Position numbers and translations under genes: made by a program | Assembly (NCBI RefSeq): GCF_000143415.4 | Contig: NW_003314301.1 | Coordinates: 716,336-780,335, forward strand | Reading direction: 5' to 3' | Length of the DNA stretch: 64,000 nt | From: Selaginella moellendorffii | Taxonomy: Eukaryota > Plantae > Lycopodiophyta | Notes under the pieces: model-generated | Told to the model about the DNA's origin: nothing | What the model saw: the letters and a program-made list of their open reading frames with translations, nothing else | Database searches by the model: none | Part shown: one piece after another, positions 21,929 to 33,997 of the stretch | How the letters are laid out: each line of letters begins with the position of its first letter | Position numbering within the stretch: position 1 is the stretch's first letter

Positions 21929-23469
21929 AGCAGACCTAATTGCGTTGCTCTTATTTTGCCAGCTTTTTATAGTTCAAAAGGTTAAAAGTGGAGAATTCAT
22001 AATTACATTTTATTACATAAACAATGGTTTCTCCCATTCTTCTTTTGGTTGGTGCCCTTCATGCTCATTCCATGGACTGGGTAATGTCAGTAGCTAGATG
22101 TGCATGTCACAAAAAGGTGATCATTTAATAAACATAGAAGGAAGAGTAATTAAAGGTAGTAACCTATGTAAAAGTTTTTTTCCTATATAAATGTCAAGTG
22201 AGAGCAGGCAAAAACTTATAAAACTTATTGTTCATTGGGGAAATATATAAATTTCTGATCTGCCAGTTCTTAAGGGTATTTGAAGAATTAACTTAGATAA
22301 AGTTAAAAAAAGGTAAATTAAATGTAGATAATAGTTTCACAAAATTTCCAATAGAAATGAGATAATCTAATCCACAAAGGGTGCCAAAGATTTATCATAG
22401 GTCTTATAAGTAAATTTTAATTATCATTTAGATAATAAGATTACTATGGGAGAAATATTATTATTAATGTTCTTTAAAAAAATTATAATTTTGAATTTGT
22501 GTTAAAAAATACATTAATTTAATAGCTTATTAACTAGTTTTATATCATAGATAAAATATCTTTTAATCTATTATTATAAAATATATTCAATTTAGCTATT
22601 ATTCTAGAATTTTAGAAAAATTTAATTTGCCTTTGCCAATTCAAAACTTTAAAATGCTCATATATCTATATAAACTAGTAATATGGAAAAATTAATTGTA
22701 TTAAGTAATTTTTTACTTAATGTAGCTTTATAATTTTTAAATTTATTGTGGTAGATTATATCTTTTAAAAATATTTCAGATTATTATTCTAAAAACTCAT
22801 ATGATATAATGAATAGTTAGAAAAGAATGATTTTGAAAAAAGTTCAATTGAAACTCATTGCTTAAAACATTGACATTTCACAAAGTGTTTTTTAAAAGAT
22901 TTTAATAAAGAACATAAAAGTTAATTGAAAATTTTGATTATTGAGTTTTTCTGTTTAATAATTTTTTATATTTTATTAATATTGGAAAATAGTTATTAAC
23001 ATCAAAACATTAATAAAAGTTTACAATAGATTAAAACACTTTAATCTATTATGTTCAACTAATAGCATATAAAAATTAAGTTTTTAAAAAAACTAAAGGT
23101 CAATTCTTAAATTAAAAATATTATCTTTTAATACTAGTTTGAAAAAAGCCCACAAGACAAAACAAATTTATAAATTAATATAAATAATATATTTTTAAAA
23201 ATTATTATTATTTTTATTTAAAAAAGATGTTAATACTAATATTCATTCTCCATGAGATAGTATGCATTAAATTGAAAAACATTAATTTCAATTAAATGTT
23301 TTTTTGAGAAAAAAAAACATAACTATTAAGAATCACATTTTTATTATATTTAACTCACTACTCTGGAAACTAACTACATCAGTATATGACAAGTTGAAAT
23401 GTTCTTTACTTTGTTTTCAGAAAATGTGAAAGTTCACACGAAAGGACAGATCTCAAAATCATTAAGATC

Positions 23470-24375
23470 TCAAAAATCCTTGAGCATCTCCTTGGTTTGC
23501 TCCAGCGTGATGAAGAGCACAACCGCAAATGGACCTTGCCGAGCAAAGCACGGAAGTAACCCCTTGTACAACGCAAGCACTCCCTCCGACCGGATCGTCT
23601 TCATGGCACAATCGATAGCATTCCTGTACGGCGGCGTCTTCCCAAACACCACCTTCATGTTCATCACCCTCGTCTTGATCACGTCGATCGGCTCCGACAC
23701 CACCGACGTGAGAAACCCCGACGTCAAGCTTGCCACCAGGTGCGTGGCGATGCCCTCGTTGGTGATCTTGTAAAACGCCAGCGTCTCCTTGACGTGGTCG
23801 TAGCTCGCAAGCTGCACCGCGGTGACGATCATCGCCCTCTGGACCGTGAGAGAGGAGCCCCTCCACAGCGACAGGATCCCCTCGTTTCTCACCATCTGGG
23901 AGAGAGCGTCGAAAGCGTTCCTGTAGCTCCTGCGTTCTTTCGCCGGGAGCCTACCGTCGGCTTGCATTCTCACCATGACAACGTCCGCGGGATTTCCAGC
24001 TGCGGCACCGATCCCTCCGGCGATCAGAGCAGCAGCAACCTTCTGAAAGAGTGGAAGATCCGCACCACCTACAACTCCGCCACCCGAGCCACTATCGCCG
24101 CTCAACCTGTGCTTGAGCATGTCGTAAATCCCCAGCCTCGTCGAGGCGTATAGAGTCTGTCTCAGCATTGCCGCTGACACACCAGCGTAGAGTCCTGCAA
24201 ATCCTTCTGCACGGACGAGCTTCGCTCCCATCACGAATGGATTCATGTAGCTTTCCTGCATCTTTCCCTGTTCTCCCTGGAGCTGCATTCTGACTTTGAT
24301 CAAATCTAGCGGATGCGTCGACACTCCTGCTACTACTGAAGCTATCCAGCCTTCCACAAAGCCTTTCCATCCCAT
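23470..24375 (-). CDS. DIC: Mitochondrial dicarboxylate carrier / UCP-like (SLC25)
   Basis: Three P-x-D-x-x-[K/M]-x-R signatures (PLDLIKVRMQ, PADVVMVRMQADG, PIDVIKTRVMN); start MGWKGFVEG typical of plant DIC. Confidence 0.9.
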   Translation of the reverse strand: MGWKGFVEGWIASVVAGVSTHPLDLIKVRMQLQGEQGKMQESYMNPFVMGAKLVRAEGFAGLYAGVSAAMLRQTLYASTRLGIYDMLKHRLSGDSGSGGGVVGGADLPLFQKVAAALIAGGIGAAAGNPADVVMVRMQADGRLPAKERRSYRNAFDALSQMVRNEGILSLWRGSSLTVQRAMIVTAVQLASYDHVKETLAFYKITNEGIATHLVASLTSGFLTSVVSEPIDVIKTRVMNMKVVFGKTPPYRNAIDCAMKTIRSEGVLALYKGLLPCFARQGPFAVVLFITLEQTKEMLKDF

Positions 24376-24526
24376 TCTCTCTACGCCAACCAGAGCCCTA
24401 TTTCACAACTGTCGAGACCACCTCAATGGGAAGCGTTTTCCGCGTCGGAATCGCGAGGCCATAGATCTACGGCTGCGAAACCTTGTCAGTTTATTAAACT
24501 CAAAAAATCGTACCTTTGGTACCGCG

Positions 24527-26838
24527 TTACAACCCGGCCTCTTTCTGCTTGTCGTCGCTCTCGGCTGGATTCTCAAAACTCTTGCCTTCGGTGGCGGTGT
24601 TGAGGAGGTTGCCATGCTTGGGCTTGATGTGCCGGCCTGCACGAACTTTTGGTCCCCAGTTCTCTTCTGGATTGGGAAGGAACCGGGCAACGCCTTTCAT
24701 TTGTGCCTTGCTTTGAGCACCACGAGCTCGAGAGAAGTCCGCCTGGAGCACACGAAGAGTTCATTAACAAAAATCTCGCTTAAGCTAAAAAATCTACGAA
24801 GCACCTGTAATTTAGCTTCCTTGCTTAAAATAATGGTTCCGGGAGTTTCTTCCTTTTGAGCTTTGACGGGGTGTTCTTTGACCTGCATACGACTTGTAAG
24901 AAACAAGAGCGAGAGAAAAGAGAGAGAGAGAGAGAGGAGCTCACCCAACAGCGCATGATATCCCATATCACTTCCATAGGCGCGTCAGTTTTGAAACCAA
25001 GAGGGGAGGCATGGGTTCCCGAGATGCGGTAGCCAGCATTCAAAACGGCAGAGCGGAAGACTATAGCCGAAGGAGGTGTACACTTGAGCGTTGCGCTCAA
25101 TTCATGGATGCTCAGATAAAGTGGTACGTCTATTAATTCCTGCAAAAACACGCGCCAGTTATACTTTTGACTTCAAAAGCAAAATACTTTACCTCCGACA
25201 CACTTGTTAGTATGCTATGAATTTTGTCAAACGCGGGATATCGCTTTTTTGCTTCACAAACTTGGGAAAGAATCGCGGATACCCATTCTGTGTCGTGAAT
25301 AGGAGCGGCCCACATTGGTCCACCCATGTTGAAGTTTTTGCCACAGTGCTCACACTGCTGTTGTACAGTAGGCCCCAGACCAGGTAAATATCGAGTGCTG
25401 TTGTTCTTCATCACCAAAAAAAAGAAAGAAGTGTCAAATACAAAAGAATTGCGTCGATAGTACCTTCTGCACAATTCGACCCAAGGGTTGCAGGCAGAAA
25501 TTGTCACATCCAACGCATTGATATACGTAAGCAAGCTTGCTGGGTGTTTGCTTCATTGCATTTGCCGATCTGTATGGTGCACAGATTCACATCAACTTAA
25601 ACGATACGAGAGCTACTTACGTATATATGCGCACAAAAACTCTAATGTAAAAATCCACCGAAAGAGAAAGTACTGGTACTATATGTCTTTTGTATCTGTT
25701 GGCATGACTCTGAAGCTCAAACGTTAGAATAAAAATGTTACAAACAATAAGAAGACCACGAACCTCGATAGTCGCCAATAAAATTCGAAGAGCCATTTCA
25801 TGACAATACTTTGCACGAAGAGAATAGCTCCCATACCTGTGACAACAAACATAAATACACATATATACTTGAATAAGCCCGTGAAGCATACTTGGAGTAG
25901 CAGACTTCTCCATTGTTACCACATAAGACAGCCATGTCAGTGGCAGTGCACATGAGCATGCCACCATCGGCGATTGTCTGAACCGCAGAGTCCAGAAAAA
26001 TCGATGGCGAGCCGTATGGATCCAAATCAACCTGCACAGCTTTATAGAGCGCCGCATTCACCTGATGCAAAACTTACCACATCGAACTGTTTCTCATGAG
26101 TAAGCATATAAACCCGTGAATCAGCTTGCTGAGCTTCTACTTTAGATGCAGCAACAGATCCGTTCAGCTTGATATTTCTGGCGCATGCTTCCACCGCAAC
26201 TGCGAAATAAAAACGCTCAAACACCTCTCATGTAGCACATAGTGGAAGCCTTACCTTTGTCACTGTCGAGCGCAAGCACGGAGGCAATACCTTCGACTTC
26301 TCGGGCATATCTCAAAGCGCGCAATCCCGAAGCTGCTAGAGCCTAGAGAGAACAAAAATTAAGAGAAAAAATAAACCAAGTCCGAGAAACAATGTACCTC
26401 GAGCACACGAATCGGCTTCGCGATGTTATTTTCAGAGCTAGAGGTCGCCTCCACTTTGGTAGAAGTTTCACCAGCACTACCATTAACTTCGACGACTTCT
26501 TCAGTCGCGGCCTTTGAATTCCTAGCTTTGATAGCAGCTTGTCTCGCAATGTGCTCCTCCTGACGCTTAGCTATAAACGATCGAAGCACCGCAATGGACA
26601 TATCTCGGTTGACAACCTGGTAGAAGAACACACCGCTAAATCAAAGAAGAAAAAAAAACATATCACTTACTTGCGTCTTGTTGTAAAACACATCGTTCCC
26701 ATGCTGTAGAATTTCCGCGTCGCCCTCTCGGAGAATTCGATACTCCGACACATCCACCTTGTGCTTGGTGTCCGGCGGTGCAGCTCCATTCCCATCCCTC
26801 TTGCGCTTCCCATTGTCCGCCACAGCCGGCTCTTCCAT
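24527..26838 (-). CDS. TRM1: tRNA (guanine-26 N2)-dimethyltransferase, multi-exon
   Basis: VFYNKTQ|[69 protein letters not shown]. Confidence 0.95.
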
Positions 26839-26870
26839 CTCGCCGCGAGAGTAAAGCCCTAGGCTTCCTT

Positions 26871-26879
26871 AAACCCTAA
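26871..26879. promoter_or_regulatory. Telo-box (AAACCCTAA) upstream of TRM1
   Basis: Exact AAACCCTAA ~35 bp upstream of the ATG, with a second near-copy at ~26886. Confidence 0.55.
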
Positions 26880-26888
26880 AGGAGGACC

Positions 26889-28535
26889 CTAAAACAGAGC
26901 ACGGTTAACAAGATCAACGACACAGCTATAGTTTTCGAGGCTAATGAGAATACCATAGTCTGGAGCGATCGATTGTGCGATCTGGACGCCGTGATCCAGG
27001 AGACCAAAGTGGCTGCAGCAAGAGATCACGCTTGAGAAGGAGATGGAGTCTGGATTTACCCCGAGCTGCTGCATTCTCCGGAAGATCTCGAGGGTGCTAT
27101 CGCCAGAGCGCCGAGATGTTGCTCCGATCAACGCATTCCACGATGATAGATTTAAATCCTCCTTCTTTCCCATGAAGTCGAAGAGGAGCGCGGCCGATTC
27201 GATGTCGCCGTTTGAGCTCAGAGTGTGGATCAGCGCGTCGCCAACGACACCATCGATCGACAAGTTCCAATCGCGAGCTACACCAAGAACAGCATGCATC
27301 GTCGTCAGTTCTTGAGACGGGAGCAAACTTACGAGCGTGATCCGGTCCGGAGCTTCGCCAAGTTGCTGCATTCTCCACAAAAGCTCCACAGCTCGATGAT
27401 CGTGATGGTAGTTTTGTACAAACGCTGCGATCAAAGTGTTCCAGCTCACAATGTCCCTGTGGATCATCTCGTCAAAAACCATCACCGCGTCGTCCAAACT
27501 CTCACACTTACCATACACACTCAAGAGACTGTTCGCGATTTCCGTGTTGGATTCAAGCAGGCTCTCACGGATCCAGCCATGGATCTTCTTCGCAGCCCGG
27601 AGATTCGATGGTCCTGCCAAGAGTTTCAGAATGGCAAGAAACGTGATCCTGTTTGGAGACAAACCTTCAAGCAGCATGGCTTGGAAACACCGGAGAGCGC
27701 AGTGTTCTTCTTGCTGGAGGCCGATCATCAGATTCCATGAAACTAAGTCTCGGTTCTTCATCTCCCGGAAGATCACGCCAGCATCGTCTAGGCAGCCACA
27801 CCTCGCAAACATACTGAGAAGTGCGTTAGAAACAATAGCATGGGCTTGGAAGCCACTCTCGAGAATGTGAGCGTGAAGGAGCCTACCATGGTCGATCGAA
27901 GAACACGAGCTTAAAGCCGTGACGAAAGTGATGCCATTGGGTTTGATCCCGAGCAGCTGCATCGTCTCGTATAGCTCTAGCGCGTCGCTGGAATGCCCAC
28001 ACCGGGCATACGACGCTAGCATGGAATTCCAAGCGGCTACCGCGGATGAATGATCGCCTTGCGCAAAAAAGATTTCTTCCGCGCGATCCACCCGGTTGAA
28101 TCTGCCATACATGTGAATGAGCGCTACATAGACGAAAATATCCACCGCGAACCTGGATTCGTCGATCCAGGAGTGGATCGCTTCTCCTAGCTCGAGCCTG
28201 TGGCAGGCCTTGAGAACGATCGAAGCGGCGACTCGATCGAGCAGGATTCCTTCGCTCAGCATCCGCCTCAGCGAAAGAAACGCCGCTTCCATCTGGCCTT
28301 TCTTGGCGTGCTCCGCAAATAGACGCGTCCAGAACACGAGATTTTCTTGTGGACTGCCGATCTCATGCCCGCATTCTAGCCCAGAGGAGTGATTCAAGCG
28401 GCCGGAGGAGAGATCGCGGCCAGAATCTAGAGCTGAGAGGAATGCTACCTTGTCTGGAGTGGAGCGATCGCGGAAGAGCCTCAGCGCCCGGGCAATCTCA
28501 TACCCTGGACCAGGAGCTTGGCTTTTTCCCTCCAT
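26889..28535 (-). CDS. PLS-class PPR protein, C-terminally truncated (alternative ATG at 28616)
   Basis: PLS repeats (WNSMLASYAR, PNGITFV, NALLSMFARCG); stops at YSCVVDLVNRALF, before the E domain. Confidence 0.8.
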   Translation of the reverse strand: MEGKSQAPGPGYEIARALRLFRDRSTPDKVAFLSALDSGRDLSSGRLNHSSGLECGHEIGSPQENLVFWTRLFAEHAKKGQMEAAFLSLRRMLSEGILLDRVAASIVLKACHRLELGEAIHSWIDESRFAVDIFVYVALIHMYGRFNRVDRAEEIFFAQGDHSSAVAAWNSMLASYARCGHSSDALELYETMQLLGIKPNGITFVTALSSCSSIDHGRLLHAHILESGFQAHAIVSNALLSMFARCGCLDDAGVIFREMKNRDLVSWNLMIGLQQEEHCALRCFQAMLLEGLSPNRITFLAILKLLAGPSNLRAAKKIHGWIRESLLESNTEIANSLLSVYGKCESLDDAVMVFDEMIHRDIVSWNTLIAAFVQNYHHDHRAVELLWRMQQLGEAPDRITLVSLLPSQELTTMHAVLGVARDWNLSIDGVVGDALIHTLSSNGDIESAALLFDFMGKKEDLNLSSWNALIGATSRRSGDSTLEIFRRMQQLGVNPDSISFSSVISCCSHFGLLDHGVQIAQSIAPDYGILISLENYSCVVDLVNRALF

Positions 28536-28574
28536 TTTATTCGATACTCTCAAGAACCCTAGAAATATTTGGCT

Positions 28575-30377
28575 ATGGATGGGGTAGTAATCGGGAGTAG
28601 CGCCACGCATCTTCATTCCAAATCGGTGAGCTCCAGCTCGGGATTCCTCCGCCTAAAGCAGCAGTTAGGTCTTGCCGATTCGCCGCTCGCGGAGAACACC
28701 GACGGCTACGCATTTCTCGTCCGGAGGTGCTCGCAGGCGGGATCGCTCTCTCTCGGCCGCCAGATTCACGCGGAGTTCCTGGCCAGCGCGCTGCTGGATC
28801 GATCCCACACCTTCGTCAACAATCTCCTGGTTCACATGTATGGGAGATTTGGGAGCGTGGAAGAGGCCTGGATCGTCTTCAACGGGATTCCTCGCCGGAA
28901 CGAGTTCTCGTGGAACATCATGATGGCAGCGCTTCTCCACAACAGGGATCCCTCACAGGTCTTGGATCTCTACGAGAGAATGGGCGTGGAAGGCGTAGAG
29001 ATGGACAGCTTTGCATTCTCCACAGCTCTAAGCGCGTGCTCGAGCCTGGGAGATCTGGATCAAGGCAGGAAGATCCACGAACAGATCAAACTCTCGGGTC
29101 GCAAGCTCAACACCATCGTCACCACGGCACTCTTTGACATGTATGCCAAGTGTGGCAGCCTGGAAGAAGCTAGCAGCGTTTTCTCCGCGATGAGAAGGAA
29201 GGACCGAGTGGCTTGGAACGCCATGCTTGCTGCGTATGCCGAGAACGGGCATGGCAAGGACACACTAGAGCTCTACTGGAGGATGGACTGCGAAGGTGTG
29301 AGGCCGGATAAGTTCACTTTCTCTAGTGTTCTTGACGCTTGTGCTGATCTCGGGGCTCTCGCAGTGGGAAAATCTGTCCACCAACGAGCTGCTGGCTACG
29401 ACTTTGACGTGATTTTCAGCACTGCGCTGTTCAACATGTACTCCAGGTGTGGGAGCTTGGAGGACGTGAAGCTGATCTTTGAGACGCTGTCTAGAGGAGA
29501 CGTTGTTTCATGGAGCGCCGTGATCTTGGCGTATGCCCGGACCGGGCATGGTCGGAAGGCACTGGAGCTGTTTCGCGACATGAATCTGGAAGGTGTGTGT
29601 CCTAACGATGTGACTCTCACCAGCATTTTGCATGCTTGCTCTCACACCGGTTTGCTGCATGATGCCAGGAGTTACTTTCTCACCATGAGCGACGACCACG
29701 GTATCAAGCAGACTCTAGAGCTCTGGGTTTGCATGGTGGATTCGTTGGGACGAGCAGGAAGGCTGAAAGACGCGGAAGAACTTGTAAGGACCATGCCGCT
29801 CTATCCGGATTTCATCGCCTGGATGACACTGCTGGGAGCTTGCAAGCTTCACAGGAACTTGGAACAGGGGCCTCGGGTCGCAGAGGAGGCACTGGAAATG
29901 CTACCGGAGAGTGCTTCTCCTTACGTGGTCCTCTTGAGCATGTACGCTCTCGCTGGCAAACACGACGAAGCCAAACGAGTGAGAAGAGCCATGGAAGAGC
30001 GGGGGATGAAAGAAACATCCGGTCGAAGCTACATCGAAGTCAGAAACAAAGTTCACGAGTTCGTGGAAGGAGAAGCTTCTTTACATCCAGAGACTCAGGC
30101 CATCAGAAATCTTCTTCAGGAGTTACATGAAGTTAATGCTGCGGAGGAAAGTGATCCATCGTCCGACCACTCCGAGAGGCTGGCGATTGGCTTCGGACTG
30201 CTGAGTACCAAACAGGGAACGCCACTGCGAGTCGTGAGCAACCTCAGTGTGTGTCCTGACTGCCACACCGCGGCGAAGAACATCTCCAAGCTCACGAAAA
30301 GAGAGATCACTGTCCGAGACTTCAGCCGCTACCATGTCTTCCGCGATGGATCCTGTACGTGCAACGATTGCTGGTGA
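28575..30377 (+). CDS. PPR-E-DYW protein (organellar C-to-U RNA editing factor)
   Basis: PLS repeats, E domain, SGRSYIE box, HSERLA, CPDCH, terminal CTCNDCW. Confidence 0.93.
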   Translation: MDGVVIGSSATHLHSKSVSSSSGFLRLKQQLGLADSPLAENTDGYAFLVRRCSQAGSLSLGRQIHAEFLASALLDRSHTFVNNLLVHMYGRFGSVEEAWIVFNGIPRRNEFSWNIMMAALLHNRDPSQVLDLYERMGVEGVEMDSFAFSTALSACSSLGDLDQGRKIHEQIKLSGRKLNTIVTTALFDMYAKCGSLEEASSVFSAMRRKDRVAWNAMLAAYAENGHGKDTLELYWRMDCEGVRPDKFTFSSVLDACADLGALAVGKSVHQRAAGYDFDVIFSTALFNMYSRCGSLEDVKLIFETLSRGDVVSWSAVILAYARTGHGRKALELFRDMNLEGVCPNDVTLTSILHACSHTGLLHDARSYFLTMSDDHGIKQTLELWVCMVDSLGRAGRLKDAEELVRTMPLYPDFIAWMTLLGACKLHRNLEQGPRVAEEALEMLPESASPYVVLLSMYALAGKHDEAKRVRRAMEERGMKETSGRSYIEVRNKVHEFVEGEASLHPETQAIRNLLQELHEVNAAEESDPSSDHSERLAIGFGLLSTKQGTPLRVVSNLSVCPDCHTAAKNISKLTKREITVRDFSRYHVFRDGSCTCNDCW

Positions 30378-30987
30378 CCACCTCCATTTTCCTCCCTCAG
30401 AATCACAGGTTTGCAAAATTATTTTCAACTCTCTAATGCTACTAAACTCTTTTTTCCAGGACTTCGTGCAAAGCAGAACCAGCTCGTTTCTTTCTATACT
30501 TCTTTCTCTTCGTAAGGATAAGTATTGTGTTTCTTCTTGATTAGTTCTAACTCTTGAACTTCCAGGAGCTTTGCTTCTTTTCTCAAGCGTGAGGTTTGCC
30601 AGCCTTTGTTTTTTCTGCCACTTCTTTAAGGTTTGCAAAGCTCTAAGTCGTAACTCTTGGTTTTCCAGGAAGCTCTCCTAGTTCGTGCAAAGAGGAACCA
30701 GCTCTCTTTTCATTTCTTCTTCGTCGTGAGGTAACCGTGCTTCCTTGCTTCAAATCAAAGTGGTGAATATTCGTGTTTCATCTGTCCAGGATTCGAACTG
30801 CCCGAGTTAGGGTTGACGCAAAAAAGAGCCCTGTCTTTTGGGGTGACGTGTATGAGCGGAGGGCGGTTGGCGGCAAGGCAGCAGCGCGAAGCAAAGGTGA
30901 GCGCTTTTTCTTTTTAGCAATCGTAGCATGGCACTCTCTAAAAGTCGCGTTTTTTAGGCACATTGTGCGTGGAATGGAGAATGTAGC

Positions 30988-33054
30988 ATGAAAGGCAGCG
31001 ACACAGCCGTTTTACCCGTGCAATTTAAAAGGCTGGCTCCCAAAAGGTATGTTGAGGAAACCAGGCCTAGTCGGACACCTCCAGAGCACAGGAGGGACTC
31101 ATCCAGGGCCAGTTCCTTGTTTCGTAATTTTGAGAAGGAATTGGTAGACACCTCGGCTCCAAATAGCAGCAGGAGGAACTCCAGCACGAGTTCAGCCAGC
31201 AGATTTGCAGAGACGAGCCGGCCATCGGCTTCTGATCTTCACGAACTTAGATATGGAAGGAGTAGCAGCATTTCCACGCAGTCCTCAACAACTCCTAAGG
31301 ACGAGCCAGTTTTCCCAAGCAGGATTTCAGTCAGGGCTATAGAAACCAAAGACGAAGCTGACGGATGGAATGATTTTTCAACTTCCTCCATGCCTTTGCG
31401 ACAGCCAGGGAAGAAACCAGGGTCTCGAGGCGGTGAAGATGAATACGAAGAAGGTGGCCGATCGAGTAGCAGGCTGAGCAATAGTGGGGGCTGTTCGTCG
31501 TCGGGAACCGGGCTCTCACAGTCATTTACTGAGATGAACTTGCGAACGAGACAGTCCTCTTTTCAAGACTCCCGGGGAAGTAGAAGCAACAGCTTGAACA
31601 GCAGATCTTCCATTCAGGGAAGGCAAGTCGCAGGTCTAGTGGGTCTGATGAACGAGGGGAACACTTGCTTCTTAAACAGCTGCTTGCAGTGCTTGGCACA
31701 CACAGTCCCGCTCTCGTCAGCAATTCTAGGACCGTTTTCCGAGTTGATCCAAACCAAAGGTGCCGCAGCGAGGAGCAGGAGAGACACGGCTAGCTTGTCC
31801 GAAATGCTGGCTTATTCTTTTCGCCAGCTTCTCAAGGACCTTTGTGGAAAACCATCCTACTCGACTGCCAGTGCATCAATGCTTCTACAGAGCTTGCAAG
31901 GCTTGTCACCCCAGTTTGCTGGGAATCGACAACACGATGCTCAGGTACGAGATCTTCTTTCATTTGGTTTTTTGTTCCCTTCATATATCAAAATGCAATG
32001 CAGGAGGCGATGCGAACAATTATTGATGGGCTTCATGAAGCATTGAATCGAAAACCACCCGGGCGTCCAAAATGTCCAGAGCCTCCTCCCACAACACCGG
32101 AAGCGGAGATTGCAGATATTTGCTGGGAACATCACAAAATGTGGAACAACTCCGTGATTCAGGATATCTTCTGCGGTAAACTTTTTTGTTTCTTTATTTG
32201 TTTTTCTTCTTGATAGCTTACAATTTCCTGCCTGACAGGACAGCTGCAGAGTGCCATAGAATGCTCGGTGTGCCACAGAAAGTCGCATTGTTTTGATCCT
32301 TTCCTGGATTTGTCACTCCCACTTTCAAAGAGCGGTGGCTCTGATAACTTCAGGACCTTCGGCAGCAGCCGCTCGAGGATGACGATCGAGGATTGTCTCT
32401 CGGCGTTTGTCGCTCCCGAGACACTGGACCCGTCCAACAAGTACTATTGTTCCGGTTGCAAGGTACGTAGAGTTCATCCTCGTTATCAAATAATAAGGGA
32501 ACTTTACACAGATGCATCGTCAAAGATCTACATCTCTTCATCCTCGTTCTCTTAACTGCAGGCTCCACAAATCTCTACCAAGAAACTCAGCATTTACAGG
32601 GCTCCTTCGGTCTTAGTCCTCCACATCAAGGTAAAAGTTGGCTTATAATTTCTTCAAGCAATCTCATGGTGTTCTCTTCTCTTTTGTTTCTCAGAGATTC
32701 TATGGTGTAGAACCACGCTCCTACAGAAAGGATGACCGGCCCGTTGTGTATCCTCTCAATGGACTTGATCTTAGCAGTTTCATGAGGTAAAAATTTCATT
32801 TTTTTTCGATTGGAAGACTGTTACTATAGCTTGATTTTTGCAGCACGACTGCCAAGAGGCATTTGTCCCAACAGCAGGCAACGTATGATTTATATGGTGT
32901 TTGCTCGCATTTTGGATCACTAGGCTATGGACACTACACCGCGACGTGTAGAAGTGTTGACAATGGCTGGTATTGTTACAACGATAGTAGCGTTACTTCT
33001 GTACAGGACCCGGTTGATTCTTCAGCCTACATCCTCTTTTATCAGAGGAGTTAA
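30988..33054 (+). CDS. Ubiquitin-specific protease (peptidase C19), multi-exon, Ser-rich N-terminus
   Basis: Cys box GLMNEGNTCFLNSCLQCL, QHDAQ|E, FDPFLDLSL, His box HFGSLGYGHYTA, YNDS, AYILFY. Confidence 0.94.
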
Positions 33055-33197
33055 AAGGCAAGTTTTTTCTTTGTTTTATTTTATTTTGTACCAAACTTTT
33101 ACATTTTTTTCAACTTTGTTTGGTTACCACCAGTTTTGGTACCTATTAGCGATATAATAAGATCTCTGGTAAGTTTTACTCCAGCTTGGGCACCACA

Positions 33198-33802
33198 ATG
33201 AAATTTTGTTTAGTTGTATTAGCAATCGTTTCACTCACACAGGTAATTTTACGAATAGGTTCTTTACTTGTCAATAATTCCCTTTGTTTTTGCAGCTAGC
33301 TCTATCTCTAGATATAAATTTACTAAATTCCACATGCTATGGTTATAAACAAAGGTTGCTCGAATTTGATTTCTATCTTCATACCATTCGTACCGCGATC
33401 AACAGTTCTCTTGAAGTTAACGAAACTCCTGTGACAGGGCTTGCACGTCAATTCCCTCCATATAGTTTTGGCTATACTTTTGCTTTCAATCGCAAGCTAA
33501 CCTCAAGTTTTGAGTATACGTCTCCAGAAATCGGTCGCATGGAAGGATACACTGCAGTTCCCAGCGCAGGCCAGGAATTTACTCAGGCCGATTTTAATTT
33601 TACCACACCAGCTTCTGGATATTTTACTGTGGCAGGGTATACAGATTTTACACTGTTAACGAACAAATACATTGTAAATGGAGGCATTGGAGATTTTGCA
33701 TACTCAATTGGACAAGTGATTGTCACCACTGCATTTAACTACACAGGCAACAACTTTGTGTTTCTATGCAAAGCCTCACTTACTGTCCTCAAGCTTTGTT
33801 AG
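33198..33802 (+). CDS. Dirigent-like secreted protein; intron 33243-33295
   Basis: Signal exon MKFCLVVLAIVSLTQ joins in frame; FYLH, FGYTFAFNRKLT, SPEIGRMEG, GGIGDFAYSIG resemble dirigent motifs. Confidence 0.75.
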
Positions 33803-33997
33803 AAGAATAAGTAATAAAATCGAGAAAAGTTCTTATTCTTATTACTATTATTGCATGCTCACTCAAAATAATTCCAAGTTTATGAGTTTGTACCATACTA
33901 TCTATTGTGATTTAACTAAATGAAAACGTACTAATTTTGAATAGAATTTAAGATTTTAATTTTTTTTTCTTAATAATAAATTATAACCAGGGTTATA

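Noticed and set aside
21960-23400. Very AT-rich tract as a transposon
   Set aside because: No TIRs, LTRs or coding remnants could be identified by eye.
20781-26838. tRNA-Tyr near its modifying enzyme TRM1 as a functional cluster
   Set aside because: tRNA genes are dispersed and numerous, and nothing suggests more than chance proximity.
30400-30760. Degenerate ~200-bp direct duplication and the minus-strand ORF 30123-30638
   Set aside because: The ORF is largely antisense to the DYW domain, and the repeat has no recognisable element features.
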